Origin: an uncultured delta proteobacterium
GTDB lineage: Bacteria > Myxococcota_A > Polyangia > Polyangiales > Polyangiaceae
Reading direction: 5' to 3'
DNA length: 64,000 bases
Assembly: GCA_963850305.1 (NCBI GenBank)
Contig: CAWKKR010000011.1
Span: 398,473 to 462,472, forward strand
Below are positions 50,654-60,693 of this stretch, one piece after another (positions within the stretch are counted from its first letter, which is position 1; each line of letters begins with the position of its first letter). The notes under the pieces were generated by a model. The model made no database searches and was not told the origin of the DNA. It worked only from the letters and a program-made list of their open reading frames with translations. The position numbers were made by a program, and so were the translations under genes.

Positions 50654-51358
50654 CTACTTCACGACCCGCAGGTATGGCGGAAGCTGCCGCTTGGACTCGG
50701 CCTCCGGAACCAACCGTACCGGTTCTTTTGCGCGCGCGCTCCCCTTCGGCTTCGGCTTCGCGGGGCCCGTCGCCTCGGCCGTCGAGCGTATTTTCCCCGC
50801 CGGGATGCGCGAGGGCCCGCGCTTCTTCGGCGCCTCCTTGGGCCGCCGGTCTGCCTCCGTGGGTTTCGAGTCGGAGGCCGCTGGTGGATTGACGGCCGGG
50901 GCCGGCGCTGCCTCGACCGCGTGCATGCGCGCTCTCACTTCGTCCGTTCGAGCCTGCTGGGCTTGCTGCGCCGCGACTTCGGGTGGAACGTCGTTCGGCC
51001 AGAGCATGCCCTTGCCATCTTCGCCGACGAGAGCGAACACCGCGCTCCAGGGGACGAAGCAGAAGAACGGCGAACGACTGAAACTGAGCGTGCACGAGAC
51101 GGCTTCCTCGCCGACGTCGAGGTCCGGAATTCGAACCGCAAGGTTCAGGCCGACCTGGAGCACGAGCTGCGGTTGCTTTTTGAACCAGGGCGGCACGCGC
51201 ACGTCCGCGCCGCGGGGGTCCAGATGGACGTACACGCTCGAGCCCTCGAGGAGCGCGAGCATCACGGCCTTCTTCGGCGGGAGTTCCGGACCGGTCGACA
51301 CGGGTGGCGGCGTTTCTACCGCCACGGTTTCCGTGGCGCCATAAAAAGCGCCGGGCAT
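50654..51358 (-). CDS. sspB: ClpXP adaptor SspB-like protein; start uncertain
   Basis: VHLDPR..VRVP, TLSFSRSPFFCFVPWSAV and C-terminal PPYLRVVK. Confidence 0.8.
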   Translation of the reverse strand: MPGAFYGATETVAVETPPPVSTGPELPPKKAVMLALLEGSSVYVHLDPRGADVRVPPWFKKQPQLVLQVGLNLAVRIPDLDVGEEAVSCTLSFSRSPFFCFVPWSAVFALVGEDGKGMLWPNDVPPEVAAQQAQQARTDEVRARMHAVEAAPAPAVNPPAASDSKPTEADRRPKEAPKKRGPSRIPAGKIRSTAEATGPAKPKPKGSARAKEPVRLVPEAESKRQLPPYLRVVK

Positions 51359-51459
51359 CCGAAGTTTTGGCCACACTCGGCGCTGGTAGCGCTCGTAGCG
51401 CCTCGTAAATGGGGGGCGCAGCTTCGAACGCTCGGACAATGATGCTAAATAATCAATCG

Positions 51460-52155
51460 ATGCGTCATCGCATCCTCGTCGTCGAGGACGAACCGGCCAT
51501 CGCGGAGTCGTTAGCCTACGCCCTCGCGCGCGACGGCTTCGAAGCGACGATTGCAGCCACGCTTCGCGAAGCTCGCGATGCGCTGGACGACGCCGGGCTC
51601 GTGCTTCTGGATCTGATGCTCCCCGACGGCAGCGGCTTCGACTTCATCAACCAGGTCCGGAGGGACGGAAGCGCGACGCCGATCATCGTGCTCTCGAGTC
51701 GCGACGGGGAGGCCGACCGCGTGGCAGCTCTCGAGACGGGCGCCGACGATTACGTCACGAAGCCATTTTCGCCGCGTGAGATCGTGGCGCGGGTCCGCGC
51801 GGTCCTTCGCCGGCTGCAGTCGATTCCCGCGACGCCGATGGGGACGGGCTGGACCGTCCCCCTCAGGGTCGACGTCGCGACGCGGCGCGCGCAAGTCCGC
51901 GAAGCGTCGCTCGAACTGACGCGCGTCGAGTTCGACCTCCTGGCCACCTTGCTCGAGAGCCCGGGTCGCGTGTTCACGCGCTCGGAGCTCATCAATCGCG
52001 TGTGGGGCGACGGTTATGCGATCACCGATCGCACGATCGACTCCCACGTGAAGTCCCTGCGACGCAAGGTCGCCGACGCGGGAGGAGAGTCCGGCCTTCT
52101 CGAGACGGTTCGCGGCGTCGGGTACCGCGTTGCGGACGAGCAGCCTCCTCGATGA
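51460..52155 (+). CDS. OmpR-family response regulator (CreB-like)
   Basis: VVEDE, LDLMLP, KPFSPRE and winged helix ETVRGVGY. Confidence 0.93.
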   Translation: MRHRILVVEDEPAIAESLAYALARDGFEATIAATLREARDALDDAGLVLLDLMLPDGSGFDFINQVRRDGSATPIIVLSSRDGEADRVAALETGADDYVTKPFSPREIVARVRAVLRRLQSIPATPMGTGWTVPLRVDVATRRAQVREASLELTRVEFDLLATLLESPGRVFTRSELINRVWGDGYAITDRTIDSHVKSLRRKVADAGGESGLLETVRGVGYRVADEQPPR

Positions 52156-53636
52156 CGCCGGCGCCCGGCGACAGCTTCTTCGAGGTCTTCGGCGGCAGCA
52201 CGAGCGTGCCACGGCTGATCATCGTCGCGTCGGCGGCCATCGGGCTCATCTTGTTCGTGGCCTTCGTGACGGCGCGTCTCGTGCGGGCTCGAACCCGCGG
52301 CATGTCGATCCGGATGCAGGTGTTTCTCGCGCTCGCCGCGATCGTCGGCGCGTTCGCGATCGCACTCGGGTTCATGGTCATCGACCGCATCGAGGCGCGC
52401 GCCGTCCGCCTCGCGACGCAGGCTGCGGACGACGAGGCCGCCGTCATCGCCGGGATGATCGAGAGCCAGATGGCGCGCACGGGTGCCAGCGTCGCAGTCG
52501 TAGCCACGCGCTTCGAGGAAGTACGCATGCGGGGCGCGCACCTGAGCGTGGAACTCCTCGACGCCGGCGGGAGACTCGTGTTCCCGGCCAACGGGGTCCC
52601 GGAAGCGCGTCCTCCCGGCACGGTGATGGTGGACGCCCCGATCGTCGTGGGCGCGGCCCGCGCCGGCACGGTGCGCGTCGTGAAACCGACGCTCTTGATG
52701 GTGAGCCTGCTCGCAGATTTTGCTCCGACCGTGCTCGTCATCAGCCTGGTGCTCGGCGCCGCGGCAGCGCTGGCCGCGGCGTGGATCGGGCGCGCGATCG
52801 CGGCGCCCATCGAGGCCCTCAGCGTGTTCGGAGAGCGAGTGAGTGAGGGGGAGCGCACGGCGACACTCGCAGTGTCGGGCAGCCGGGAAGTGACGCGCCT
52901 GTTCCGGGCCATCGATTCGATGCAACGACAGCTCGAGGGTCGTCCCTTCGTCGAGATGTTCGCGGCGGATCTCTCGCACGAGCTGAAGAACCCGGTCGCG
53001 GCGATCCGCGCGAGCGCGGAGGTCCTCGACGAGGGCGCGATCGACGATGCCGCCGCGGCGCGACGGTTCGTCGCGCGGATCCGCGAAGCGACGGAGCGCA
53101 TCGAGCGGCTTTTGAAGGAGCTCCTCGGGCTCGCGAGCATCGAAGCACGGGGCGTCGAAGGGTTCTCGCCGGTCGACGTCGCGGCGCTCGCGCAAAGCGT
53201 CGTCGACTCGTTCGACGAGCAGCGCGGTCGCATCGACTTCTCCGCGAGCGGCGACACGCGGGTCCGGGGCGACGACGTGTGGCTACGCCGCGCGGTGAGA
53301 AATCTCGTGGAGAACGCGCTCGTCCACTCGGAACCGCATGCCCGCGTCACGGTGCGCGTCCTCCGCGCGTCCGACGACGTACTCGTGCGCGTGGACAATC
53401 CGGGGACGGTGCCCGCGCACGTCCGGCAGCGCGCATTTCGTCGGTTCGTGACGACGCGGCCCGACAAGGGTGGGACCGGACTCGGTCTCGCAATCGCGCG
53501 CGCCGTCGTCGAGGCGCACGGCGGACGCGCGGAAATGGTCCGGACGGGACCACCGGACGTCGAGTTCGTGCTTCGCCTCCCGGCTTCCCGTGGCGCGCCG
53601 AGCTTACTCGCCGTCCACAAATCCGAAGAAACATAA
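52152..53636 (+). CDS. membrane HAMP sensor histidine kinase (CreC-like)
   Basis: HELKNP, NLVENA and GTGLGL; ATGA-coupled. Confidence 0.92.
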   Translation: MTPAPGDSFFEVFGGSTSVPRLIIVASAAIGLILFVAFVTARLVRARTRGMSIRMQVFLALAAIVGAFAIALGFMVIDRIEARAVRLATQAADDEAAVIAGMIESQMARTGASVAVVATRFEEVRMRGAHLSVELLDAGGRLVFPANGVPEARPPGTVMVDAPIVVGAARAGTVRVVKPTLLMVSLLADFAPTVLVISLVLGAAAALAAAWIGRAIAAPIEALSVFGERVSEGERTATLAVSGSREVTRLFRAIDSMQRQLEGRPFVEMFAADLSHELKNPVAAIRASAEVLDEGAIDDAAAARRFVARIREATERIERLLKELLGLASIEARGVEGFSPVDVAALAQSVVDSFDEQRGRIDFSASGDTRVRGDDVWLRRAVRNLVENALVHSEPHARVTVRVLRASDDVLVRVDNPGTVPAHVRQRAFRRFVTTRPDKGGTGLGLAIARAVVEAHGGRAEMVRTGPPDVEFVLRLPASRGAPSLLAVHKSEET

Positions 53637-53802
53637 TAATTCAGGCGCCTTATAAGGACATTCCAACTGGCGCGGTCGACGAGCTCGCCGAAGCGCGGCC
53701 CCGTGGCCGATTCTCCATGAAAGTTCCATATTCAGGGGCCTGTCGGCGAGTCAGGCTGCTTGATAGAAGAGCGACTCGCTCGAACCGAGAAAAAGGAATC
53801 GC

Positions 53803-54576
53803 GTGAAAAACGGCAACAGCGTGCCTCCGCACGTGGCGATCATCATGGACGGCAACGGGCGGTGGGCTCAAGCGCGAGGCTTGCACCGCGCGCAAGGACA
53901 CGCGGAGGGGGCGCGCGCCGTGCGTGAAGCGGTCCGCACGAGTCGCGAAGCCGGCGTCCGCTATCTGACGCTCTACGCCTTCAGCGTCGCCAACTGGTCG
54001 CGTCCGAAACCCGAAGTCGAAGCGTTGATGCGCCTGCTCCAGGATTTCGCCGAGAAGGAGCGGCAGGAGCTTCGCGAGAAAGGAATTCGCCTCGACGTCG
54101 TCGGCGATCTGGAGGATCTGCCGATCTTCGCACGGCGCGCGGTGGAAGATGCGCGGGAGTACACCGCGGATTGCAATAACATGGTCCTGTCGCTCGCACT
54201 GTCGTACGGCGGGCGCCGGGACATCGCGGATGCAGCGCGTTCAATCGCGGTGCGCGCGCGTGCCGGGCTCATCTTGCCGGAAGACATCGACGAAGAGTTC
54301 TTCCACAAGCAGATGAGCACCCAGAGCTTGCCGGACGTCGATCTCCTGATCCGGACGGGCGGCGAGAGTCGCGTGAGCGACTTCCTCTTGTTCGAGGCCG
54401 CGTATGCGGAGCTCGTCTTCTTGCCGATCATGTGGCCCGAGTTCACGAGCGCGACGCTGCGCGACGCCTTCGCCGTCTACGCGAACCGGGAGCGGCGCTT
54501 CGGCCTCACGCAGGACCAGGTCCGAAAGCAAAACCTCGGGCGGACCTTCGACCCGCTGGATTCATCGGACGCCTGA
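53803..54576 (+). CDS. uppS: undecaprenyl diphosphate synthase (cis-prenyltransferase)
   Basis: HVAIIMDGNGRWA, YAFS..NW, IRTGGE.RVS.F and RRFG. Confidence 0.95.
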   Translation: MKNGNSVPPHVAIIMDGNGRWAQARGLHRAQGHAEGARAVREAVRTSREAGVRYLTLYAFSVANWSRPKPEVEALMRLLQDFAEKERQELREKGIRLDVVGDLEDLPIFARRAVEDAREYTADCNNMVLSLALSYGGRRDIADAARSIAVRARAGLILPEDIDEEFFHKQMSTQSLPDVDLLIRTGGESRVSDFLLFEAAYAELVFLPIMWPEFTSATLRDAFAVYANRERRFGLTQDQVRKQNLGRTFDPLDSSDA

Positions 54577-54626
54577 CGCTGCGACGTGGTTCTCGCGAGA
54601 TGGCCGCGCGGGGGGCTTGTGCCCGG

Positions 54627-55760
54627 TCACGGCCCGGGGGGCGGAGAGCCACCCGCAGGTGCCGCGGCTGGTGTCGGCGTGGTCGACGACGCCGCGGGAG
54701 CCGCGGTCTTCGCTGGCGCGGCGTTCGTGGGCGAGGTCTCGGCGGGAGCTGTTTCCTCGAGAAGCTCGCGAAGGCGCTTGTCGCGATCGGCATCGTCGCC
54801 GCCGAGCTTCGAAATGTCGAACGTGAGCAGCGGGAGCTGGCCTCCGCCGTTCATGAGCGGGAGCTTCCCGTCCCAGCGCTCCAGCGCTCGGTACTGGAGC
54901 ACCGCCGCAGTCGTCGAGTAACGGATGATCTCGTTCGCCTTCGCGTCGGCGCGCGCACGAATGAGGACAGAGTCGGCTTCTCCCTGAGCGCGCTCGCGCG
55001 CCGCTTCCGCTCCACCGTGCGCCTGGGCGATGGCCTGTTCGGCCTCCGCTTTCACCTGGCGGACCCGGTTTTCTGCCTGGATCGAATTCTGCGTCGCTTC
55101 CATCGCGCGGTTGATGGCCTTGGCCACGTTGTCGGGCAGACGGAGCGCGCCGTTGATCGTGATCTGATCGATGAGAAATCCGTCCTTCCCGAGCGCGTCG
55201 CGCAGGCGTTCCCCGACGTCCGCGACCATCTTCGCCTTCCCCGCGCCGTAGATCTCTTGAACCGGCATCTTGGAGGCCACGACGTTGAACGCTTCCCGCA
55301 CGGCGTTGCGCACGTAGCCGTCGGCGAGCTGCATCAGATCGGGCTGCCGGAACCGCAGATAGAGGTGCGGGGCGAGCATGGGATCGATGTGAAAGGAGAG
55401 CCCGATGTCCGAGTTGATGTTCACGCCTTCCGAGGAAGAGAACGTGATGGACTCATCGGTCGTTCTGCCCTCGTTCGCGGACGCGGTCCACACGACGTTC
55501 TGGACGCTCGTTGGAAACTCCACGATCTGCTCGGTGAGAGGATCGAAAAACACCCAGCCGGTCACGACGGGAATGTCCTGCACGCCTCGGGAGCTACCGG
55601 CAAGCTTCACACGGATCCCAACGTGGGCGGCATCGATCCGCATCATGGTCGCCGACGTGATGAACAAGAACGCGACGATCGCCACCATCGCGATCACGGC
55701 CCTCCGAATCGAGCGGGTGAAACCGCCGTCGTCGAAGGAGACTCGGTTGGAAGAAGGCAC
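54627..55760 (-). CDS. SPFH/prohibitin (band 7) family protein
   Basis: TM helix, IDAAHVGI, FPTSVQ, AEA coiled coil and RWDGKLP. Confidence 0.88.
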   Translation of the reverse strand: MPSSNRVSFDDGGFTRSIRRAVIAMVAIVAFLFITSATMMRIDAAHVGIRVKLAGSSRGVQDIPVVTGWVFFDPLTEQIVEFPTSVQNVVWTASANEGRTTDESITFSSSEGVNINSDIGLSFHIDPMLAPHLYLRFRQPDLMQLADGYVRNAVREAFNVVASKMPVQEIYGAGKAKMVADVGERLRDALGKDGFLIDQITINGALRLPDNVAKAINRAMEATQNSIQAENRVRQVKAEAEQAIAQAHGGAEAARERAQGEADSVLIRARADAKANEIIRYSTTAAVLQYRALERWDGKLPLMNGGGQLPLLTFDISKLGGDDADRDKRLRELLEETAPAETSPTNAAPAKTAAPAASSTTPTPAAAPAGGSPPPGP

Positions 55761-55777
55761 CTTGGATTCCTTTCGAT

Positions 55778-56038
55778 TCAGTCGGCTCTTCGATGCAAGA
55801 CGCGCGCGATCAGAATGACGGCGAACACGACGGGGACGGCAAGAATGATCACGGCAACCGCTACCTTCGCGTCGCTCGCGGCATTCAGCCACGGATCGAG
55901 GATGGGACGGAGCAGAATATGGACGCCGAGCGCCGTGACCGCGGGCCACATGGAAAGGTGGGTCCTTTTTCTCAAGAGCTCTCGCCTCAGACGTTCGTTC
56001 TCGGCGAGGAGCTCTTCTCGGGTCCGGTCGTCCTTCAC
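55778..56038 (-). CDS. small two-TM membrane protein
   Basis: GAGG RBS, short coiled coil and two hydrophobic helices, upstream of the SPFH gene. Confidence 0.65.
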   Translation of the reverse strand: MKDDRTREELLAENERLRRELLRKRTHLSMWPAVTALGVHILLRPILDPWLNAASDAKVAVAVIILAVPVVFAVILIARVLHRRAD

Positions 56039-56129
56039 GGTGGCAACGGACGCCTCGGCTGACCGACCATACCCGAGAGATGCGAGCGAGCGAGTCGCAT
56101 CGCGAGCTCCCCGGAAGAGAGTCTGACCC

Positions 56130-57269
56130 GTGGCCGACGATCGAAAAGGCGGTAAGCTTCCAGGGTTGTTCGCGGTGACCCGTCCAGCGCTCGCAGGTGG
56201 TGTTTTTCGCGCCGTCCTCGCGGGGGTCCTCGGGGTCGTGGCGTTCGGAGTGTTCCGTGACGCCGGGTGGCTCCACTGGATCGGCATCGGGTACACCGTC
56301 TGGGCGATTTCACTACTGCACCTGATCCGTCGCAACGCATGGCGGGAGATGCGAGTGCCGCTCGGCGGACTCGTCGACTACGTCGTGGTCACCGGCGTCG
56401 TCCACGAACTTGGCAGCGTTCGGACCGTGATGGTGCTCTTTTACTTCGTGGCGGGTACGCTCTACGCGTTCGCCGCTCCGTTCCGGACCGCGCTCTTCCT
56501 CGGAGCAGTCGGCTCCTTCATGTACTCGGGGGTCGTCCTCGTGGAGCGGCTCGGTTTCTTGCCGTTCGCGCCGCTTTCCCCGGATATCGCCGCGATCGGC
56601 CAGCCGCCAGCCGGGATCACTGCGTTCGGGGTCCTGCTCGGCGCGGCGCTGCACTTCGGGCTGGTTGCGGTCGTCGCCATGCTCGTGCGCGAAGTTCAAG
56701 CGCACCGGGACGAGCTTGCCGTCGCGAATCGGCGATTGCAGGAGCTGAGCGAGCACGATCCGCTCACGGGTCTCCACAACCGACGCTTCCTGTTCGTGCA
56801 GCTCGAGCGCGAGATGGCACGAGCGCAGCGCGGAGTCGCCGTTTCTCTTCTGATGATGGATCTCGATCATTTCAAGATCGTCAACGACAGCCAGGGGCAC
56901 GTGCGCGGCGACGAGCTTCTTCGAGGAATCGCCCGGGAACTGGGTAAGGCCGTGCGCGTCACCGACTTTGCGGCACGGTACGGCGGGGATGAAATCGTCG
57001 CGCTATTGCCCGACACCGGTCGCGAAGAAGCTGCCGTCGTCGGCGAGAGATTGCTAGAGGCGGTGCGCCGTGCCAGCCGCGGGTTCGATCCTGCGCATCC
57101 GGTGACGGCCAGTGTCGGGCACGCGCTCGCGCGGCGAGATGACACCGCGACGTCCTTCCTCGCCAGGGCTGACAACAACACCTACGCCGCGAAGCGCCGT
57201 GGTGGAGACGCTCTCGAAATGGACGCAGAACGTAGGCTGGCCGAGGCGCCCCTGGCCGACGCCGGTTGA
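56130..57269 (+). CDS. membrane diguanylate cyclase
   Basis: Several TM helices, DPLTGLHNRR, DLDHFK.VND, I-site RVTD and RYGGDE. Confidence 0.92.
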   Translation: MADDRKGGKLPGLFAVTRPALAGGVFRAVLAGVLGVVAFGVFRDAGWLHWIGIGYTVWAISLLHLIRRNAWREMRVPLGGLVDYVVVTGVVHELGSVRTVMVLFYFVAGTLYAFAAPFRTALFLGAVGSFMYSGVVLVERLGFLPFAPLSPDIAAIGQPPAGITAFGVLLGAALHFGLVAVVAMLVREVQAHRDELAVANRRLQELSEHDPLTGLHNRRFLFVQLEREMARAQRGVAVSLLMMDLDHFKIVNDSQGHVRGDELLRGIARELGKAVRVTDFAARYGGDEIVALLPDTGREEAAVVGERLLEAVRRASRGFDPAHPVTASVGHALARRDDTATSFLARADNNTYAAKRRGGDALEMDAERRLAEAPLADAG

Positions 57270-57366
57270 GCCGACTCGACGACAATATGTCTGTTCAGTT
57301 GTTCAGTGTTCTGCTATCTGAGCATGACGCTCGTCGCCCCTCCTCCCGGCGAGCGTTCATTGCCCA

Positions 57367-57633
57367 ATGAACGTCCATAAATATTCGATTTCGTTGGAAC
57401 ACGTCCCTGTCGACCTCTTCGCGGATCCGGATGGTGCCTGGAGCTACGAAGAACTCGTCATTGCGGCGGGGCTGGATCCGGACGCCAAGCCGCCGCCGGT
57501 CGTCGCGGCCCTGTCGGAGCGCTGGTATGGGCATCCAGACGGTGCGGCGGTCATCGCCAGCAACAACATCGGCGACAGAGCCGTCACCGTGATCGAGTGC
57601 CGGGCGACGTCCTCAGTCAGTCGCGCGGCCTAA
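57367..57633 (+). CDS. small hypothetical protein
   Basis: 88-aa ORF with globular composition. Confidence 0.55.
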   Translation: MNVHKYSISLEHVPVDLFADPDGAWSYEELVIAAGLDPDAKPPPVVAALSERWYGHPDGAAVIASNNIGDRAVTVIECRATSSVSRAA

Positions 57634-58377
57634 CGATACGCCGAGCGCGGTGAGTTCCTGTTCGACCACCCGGGCCCAGCCTCGATTCGCCTTCGGGCTG
57701 GCTGGGCTCGGGTGAAGCACCCGACCGATGACGCCCTCGAACCCCTCGAGAGCGACCGCCGCGCGCGTGGCCGCAAAAGTACCGACCCCGACGACGAACT
57801 CGGACTCAAGCGTCTTGGCGATCGCACGGAGCGCGTCGTCGCACACGTCGAAGAGGGGTCGCCGCTCGGTGGCGGGAAGCTTGTCAGGCGTGAAGTTTCG
57901 GCCGCTGGCCTCGAGGAACGCGAGGGGGCAATAGTTTGCAACGAAGAAGTCACGGAAGAATCGTTCGGGTGTTTCGAAGCGATCCCGCGCCCACCCCCAG
58001 AGACGCGAGCCGCTGATTTCGGTACGCGGGCACGCGAACCCGAGAACCGGGCGTTTCGGGTGCTCATGAAGCGGTCGCTTCACGGGTCCCTGGATCCGCA
58101 GGAAGTCGCGGACCATTGCCACGTCGCCGAAGGGAACCCCGGTCTGCGCCATCCCGAACGGCCCCGGGTTCATTCCGACGAGAAGGACGCGCTTGGGAGC
58201 TTCGCCCCAGTGTGCCAGATATGCCTCGTGTGGGGCGCGCGCATAGTCGAGCGGATCGTAGACGTGCGCGACGGGCTTCGAGAACGTGAGCACGCGCACG
58301 CGTCGGTGGAGTTCGCGACTGATATCGACGAGCGACGTCGGCGTCGATGGCGCCTTGCTCCTGCGACCTGCGGTCAT
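57613..58377 (-). CDS. SMUG1-type (family 3) uracil-DNA glycosylase
   Basis: GMNPGPFGMAQTGVPFG, E.SG.RLW, NYCPL and HPSPASP. Confidence 0.92.
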   Translation of the reverse strand: MTAGRRSKAPSTPTSLVDISRELHRRVRVLTFSKPVAHVYDPLDYARAPHEAYLAHWGEAPKRVLLVGMNPGPFGMAQTGVPFGDVAMVRDFLRIQGPVKRPLHEHPKRPVLGFACPRTEISGSRLWGWARDRFETPERFFRDFFVANYCPLAFLEASGRNFTPDKLPATERRPLFDVCDDALRAIAKTLESEFVVGVGTFAATRAAVALEGFEGVIGRVLHPSPASPKANRGWARVVEQELTALGVSLGRATD

Positions 58378-58991
58378 GCCCGAAGCAGGCCCAGCAATCG
58401 CGCGACGACGTTTTCGATGGTGAGAGCATTCTCTCCACCTTCGGGAATGATGACGTGAGCGTATTCCCGACTCGGCGCGACGTGGCGCGCGTGCATGGGA
58501 CGAACGCTGGCCAGATACTGCCGTTCGACCGAAGCGACGTCCCGACCGCGTTCGTCGATGTCGCGCCTGATCCGGCGAAGGAGCCGGATATCGTCGTCGG
58601 TGTCGACGAACACACGCAGGTCGAACGCATCCCGGAGGGACGGGAGCGTGAAGAGGAGGATCCCTTCCACCACGATCACCGGATGTGGCATGATGGTTCG
58701 AGGGGCATCGAGACGCGTGTGCGTCGTGAAATCGTATTGAGGGCATTCGACCGCGCGCCCCTCGCGAAGCGCAGCGAGGTCCTGGACCAGCAGCTCGTTC
58801 TCGAGCGCGTCGGGTTCGTCGAAGTTGACGCGCGACCGTGCCGCCGGGTCGAGGCGACTCCGATCCCGGTAGTACCAGTCGTGTTGAATCAGCACGGCTC
58901 TTCCCGCCGGGAGAGCGGTGACCAGCTGGCTTGCCACGGTCGTTTTGCCGCTTCCGGTGCCACCCGCGATGCCGATGAAAACGGGGACCAC
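58374..58991 (-). CDS. udk: uridine kinase
   Basis: GIAGGTGSGKTT, D.YY, NFDEP, VEGIL and RDIDERGR. Confidence 0.93.
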   Translation of the reverse strand: MVPVFIGIAGGTGSGKTTVASQLVTALPAGRAVLIQHDWYYRDRSRLDPAARSRVNFDEPDALENELLVQDLAALREGRAVECPQYDFTTHTRLDAPRTIMPHPVIVVEGILLFTLPSLRDAFDLRVFVDTDDDIRLLRRIRRDIDERGRDVASVERQYLASVRPMHARHVAPSREYAHVIIPEGGENALTIENVVARLLGLLRA

Positions 58992-59198
58992 GTGCCGAGC
59001 TTACGCCAAGCGGGAACGATTGCCCCGTGCGTCAAATGGCGGGGTCGGCCCCGCATTTCACGCCGCCCGTGAGGCGAAGCGCGGCGAAGCTCTCGCGCCG
59101 GCTACCGATCCGATCTCCGGAGCTGATCTTTCCGTGATCGACCAAGCGGAGCGCTGGGTCTAAGCTTATCGTCTTGCGGCAAGCGTGAGACACCTCCC

Positions 59199-60677
59199 GT
59201 GCTCGTCGATTTCCCGGAAAGTCCCACCGATTGCCGAAACTTCGTCGGCGGCGCCTTCCGGCCCGCAGCGTCGAAGCGCACGGTCACCGTCACGAGCCCC
59301 TACGACGGCCGCGTCCTAGGTACGGCGCCCATCTCGGACGCGGAGGACGTTGGCGCTGCGGTGGCCGCGGCCGAACACGCCTGGCCCGCCTGGAGAGCGG
59401 CGCCGCTTCGGGAGCGAACCGGTGCGCTCTCGCGGTTCCGCGATCTGACGGCGGCGCGCCTGGGCACCCTTGCAAACATCGTCGCCCTGGAGTCGGGAAA
59501 GACGCCGGCGGAAGCTTTAGCCGGGATTCAACGCGGCCTCGAAGTGATCGATTTCGCGGTGGGGTTGTCGACCTCCGACGAAGGCCGGGTATTGGAAGTG
59601 TCGCGCGGGGTCACGTGCGAGAGCCGTCGGGAACCCCTCGGCGTCACCATCGGAATCACCCCGTTCAACTTTCCGGCGATGGTCCCCATGTGGATGTTTC
59701 CGATCGCGCTCGCGGTGGGCAACGCCTTCATTCTCAAACCGTCCGAAAAGGTGCCGCTGTCTGCGTGCAAGCTCGCGGAGTGGATGTCCGAGGCGAAGAT
59801 CCCGGACGGCATCTTCTCCGTGGTGCACGGAGATCGCACGACGGTGGAGGCGCTCGCGGCGCATCCGCGTGTGCGAGCGGTCGCGTTCGTCGGATCCTCC
59901 GCGGCAGCAAAGGCCGTTTACGTTCGTGCGACGGCCAGCGGCAAGCGCGCGCTGTGCCTCGGCGGCGCCAAGAACTCGGTGATCGTCGCGCCGGACGCGG
60001 ACCCGCGACTGGTCGTGCCGGGAGTCGTGGATTCATTCACGGGCTGCGCGGGGCAGCGCTGCATGGCCGCGAGTGTGCTCATCGCCGTCGGTGCGGCGGG
60101 AAACTTCGTCGACGAGATCGCACACGCGGCGTCCCGGATCGAGCTCGGAGCCACGATGGGCGCACTCATCGATCGCGATGCGCGGGAACGCATCGAGCGC
60201 GCCATCGTCCGGGCCGAAACCGAAGGCGCCGCGGTCTTGCTGGACGGACGGCGCGCGCGCGCACCATCGGGATGCGAACGCGGAAACTGGATGGGACCGA
60301 CCGTGCTCGATCGCGCCCGGAGCGACATGGATTGCGCACGAACGGAGCTCTTCGGGCCGGTGCTCACCGTGCTGCGGGTCGACACGCTCGAGGAGGCCCT
60401 CGACGTCGAGAGCGGAAGCCCTTACGGAAACGCCACGAGCGTATTCACGTCGAGCGGCGCCGTTGCGCGCTACGTGAGCGAGCGCTCCACGAGCGGAATG
60501 ATCGGCGTGAACATCGGGGTCCCGGTGCCGCGAGATCCATTTTCGTTCGGGGGCACGCGGGAGTCGAGGTTCGGACACGGAGACATCACGGGGCCCTCCG
60601 GCGTCGAGTTCTGGAGCTCGCTCAAGAAGATCACGACGAAGTGGGCGCCACAGCGGGACACTACCTGGATGTCGTGA
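59199..60677 (+). CDS. mmsA: CoA-acylating (methyl)malonate-semialdehyde dehydrogenase
   Basis: ITPFNFPAMVP, KPSE, GGAKN, GQRCMA, ELFGP and GVNIGVPVP. Confidence 0.9.
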   Translation: MLVDFPESPTDCRNFVGGAFRPAASKRTVTVTSPYDGRVLGTAPISDAEDVGAAVAAAEHAWPAWRAAPLRERTGALSRFRDLTAARLGTLANIVALESGKTPAEALAGIQRGLEVIDFAVGLSTSDEGRVLEVSRGVTCESRREPLGVTIGITPFNFPAMVPMWMFPIALAVGNAFILKPSEKVPLSACKLAEWMSEAKIPDGIFSVVHGDRTTVEALAAHPRVRAVAFVGSSAAAKAVYVRATASGKRALCLGGAKNSVIVAPDADPRLVVPGVVDSFTGCAGQRCMAASVLIAVGAAGNFVDEIAHAASRIELGATMGALIDRDARERIERAIVRAETEGAAVLLDGRRARAPSGCERGNWMGPTVLDRARSDMDCARTELFGPVLTVLRVDTLEEALDVESGSPYGNATSVFTSSGAVARYVSERSTSGMIGVNIGVPVPRDPFSFGGTRESRFGHGDITGPSGVEFWSSLKKITTKWAPQRDTTWMS

Positions 60678-60693
60678 GAGAGAAGAAACGCAA

